A DNA stretch of 55,569 bases, from IMG/VR virus record IMGVR_UViG_3300009068_002792, positions 1 through 55,569 of that record. One strand, given 5' to 3'. The notes beneath the pieces were generated by a model. That model searched no databases. It was not told the DNA's origin and saw only the letters and a program-made list of their open reading frames with translations. Source of the DNA: a virus. Lineage: Duplodnaviria > Caudoviricetes. The position numbers were made by a program, and so were the translations under genes. Shown piece by piece: positions 55,400 through 55,569 of the stretch; position 1 is the first letter of the stretch, and each line of letters opens with the position of its first letter.

Positions 55400-55569
55400 A
55401 GAAAAAACCTCATATTTTAGAAGTCAAAGAGCAAGATGGATACCAATATATCGAATTACCAGATTCTCTTTTAAAGAAGATGGGATGGAAAATTGGTGAT
55501 ACGATTGATTGGCAAGACAACAAAGATGGTAGTTGGACTTTATTGAAAGTCGCAAGTCCTTGTAAATCA
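55396..55569 (+). CDS. AbrB/MazE-like DNA-binding protein (runs off window)
   Basis: IELPDSLLKKMGWKIGDTIDW...DGSW.L. Confidence 0.6.
   Translation, partial: MKKKPHILEVKEQDGYQYIELPDSLLKKMGWKIGDTIDWQDNKDGSWTLLKVASPCKS

Noticed and set aside
1-55569. Alternative genetic code (stop or AGA reassignment)
   Set aside because: Conserved enzymes translate full length in code 11, and conserved Arg in nrdB (RDE) is encoded by AGA

Overview
AT-rich, gene-dense segment of a large lytic dsDNA (tailed) phage genome, read in the standard code. Genes run on the minus strand up to about 43.8 kb and mostly on the plus strand after that. Contents: replication/recombination genes (DnaB-like helicase, RecA/UvsX); a ~23 kb nucleotide-sugar and glycosyltransferase cluster (gmd, rmlB, RfbH-like 3-dehydrase, split ThDP enzyme, DmpG/DmpF pair, methyltransferases); a surface/virion module (BspA LRR, PEP-CTERM adhesin-like protein, Cys-His-Asp protease-like neighbour); a phage tmRNA; class Ia RNR; a phage sigma factor; purine/pyrimidine interconversion genes; a tRNA-Ser with the rare ACU anticodon; UvsE; and HNH endonucleases. 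The main unexplained signals are: (1) a GTGTAA motif 7-9 nt before many start codons, a candidate phage-specific promoter; (2) a ~300 nt promoter-led, highly structured intergenic RNA candidate at 36.76-37.07 kb; (3) ~29 bp quasi-palindromic repeats with a 33 bp period at 51.4-52.1 kb; (4) a likely branched-chain higher-sugar pathway in a virus; (5) two nucleotidyltransferases abutting a CCA-less tRNA-Ser(ACU). Family assignments come from motifs recognised by eye; no database searches were run.
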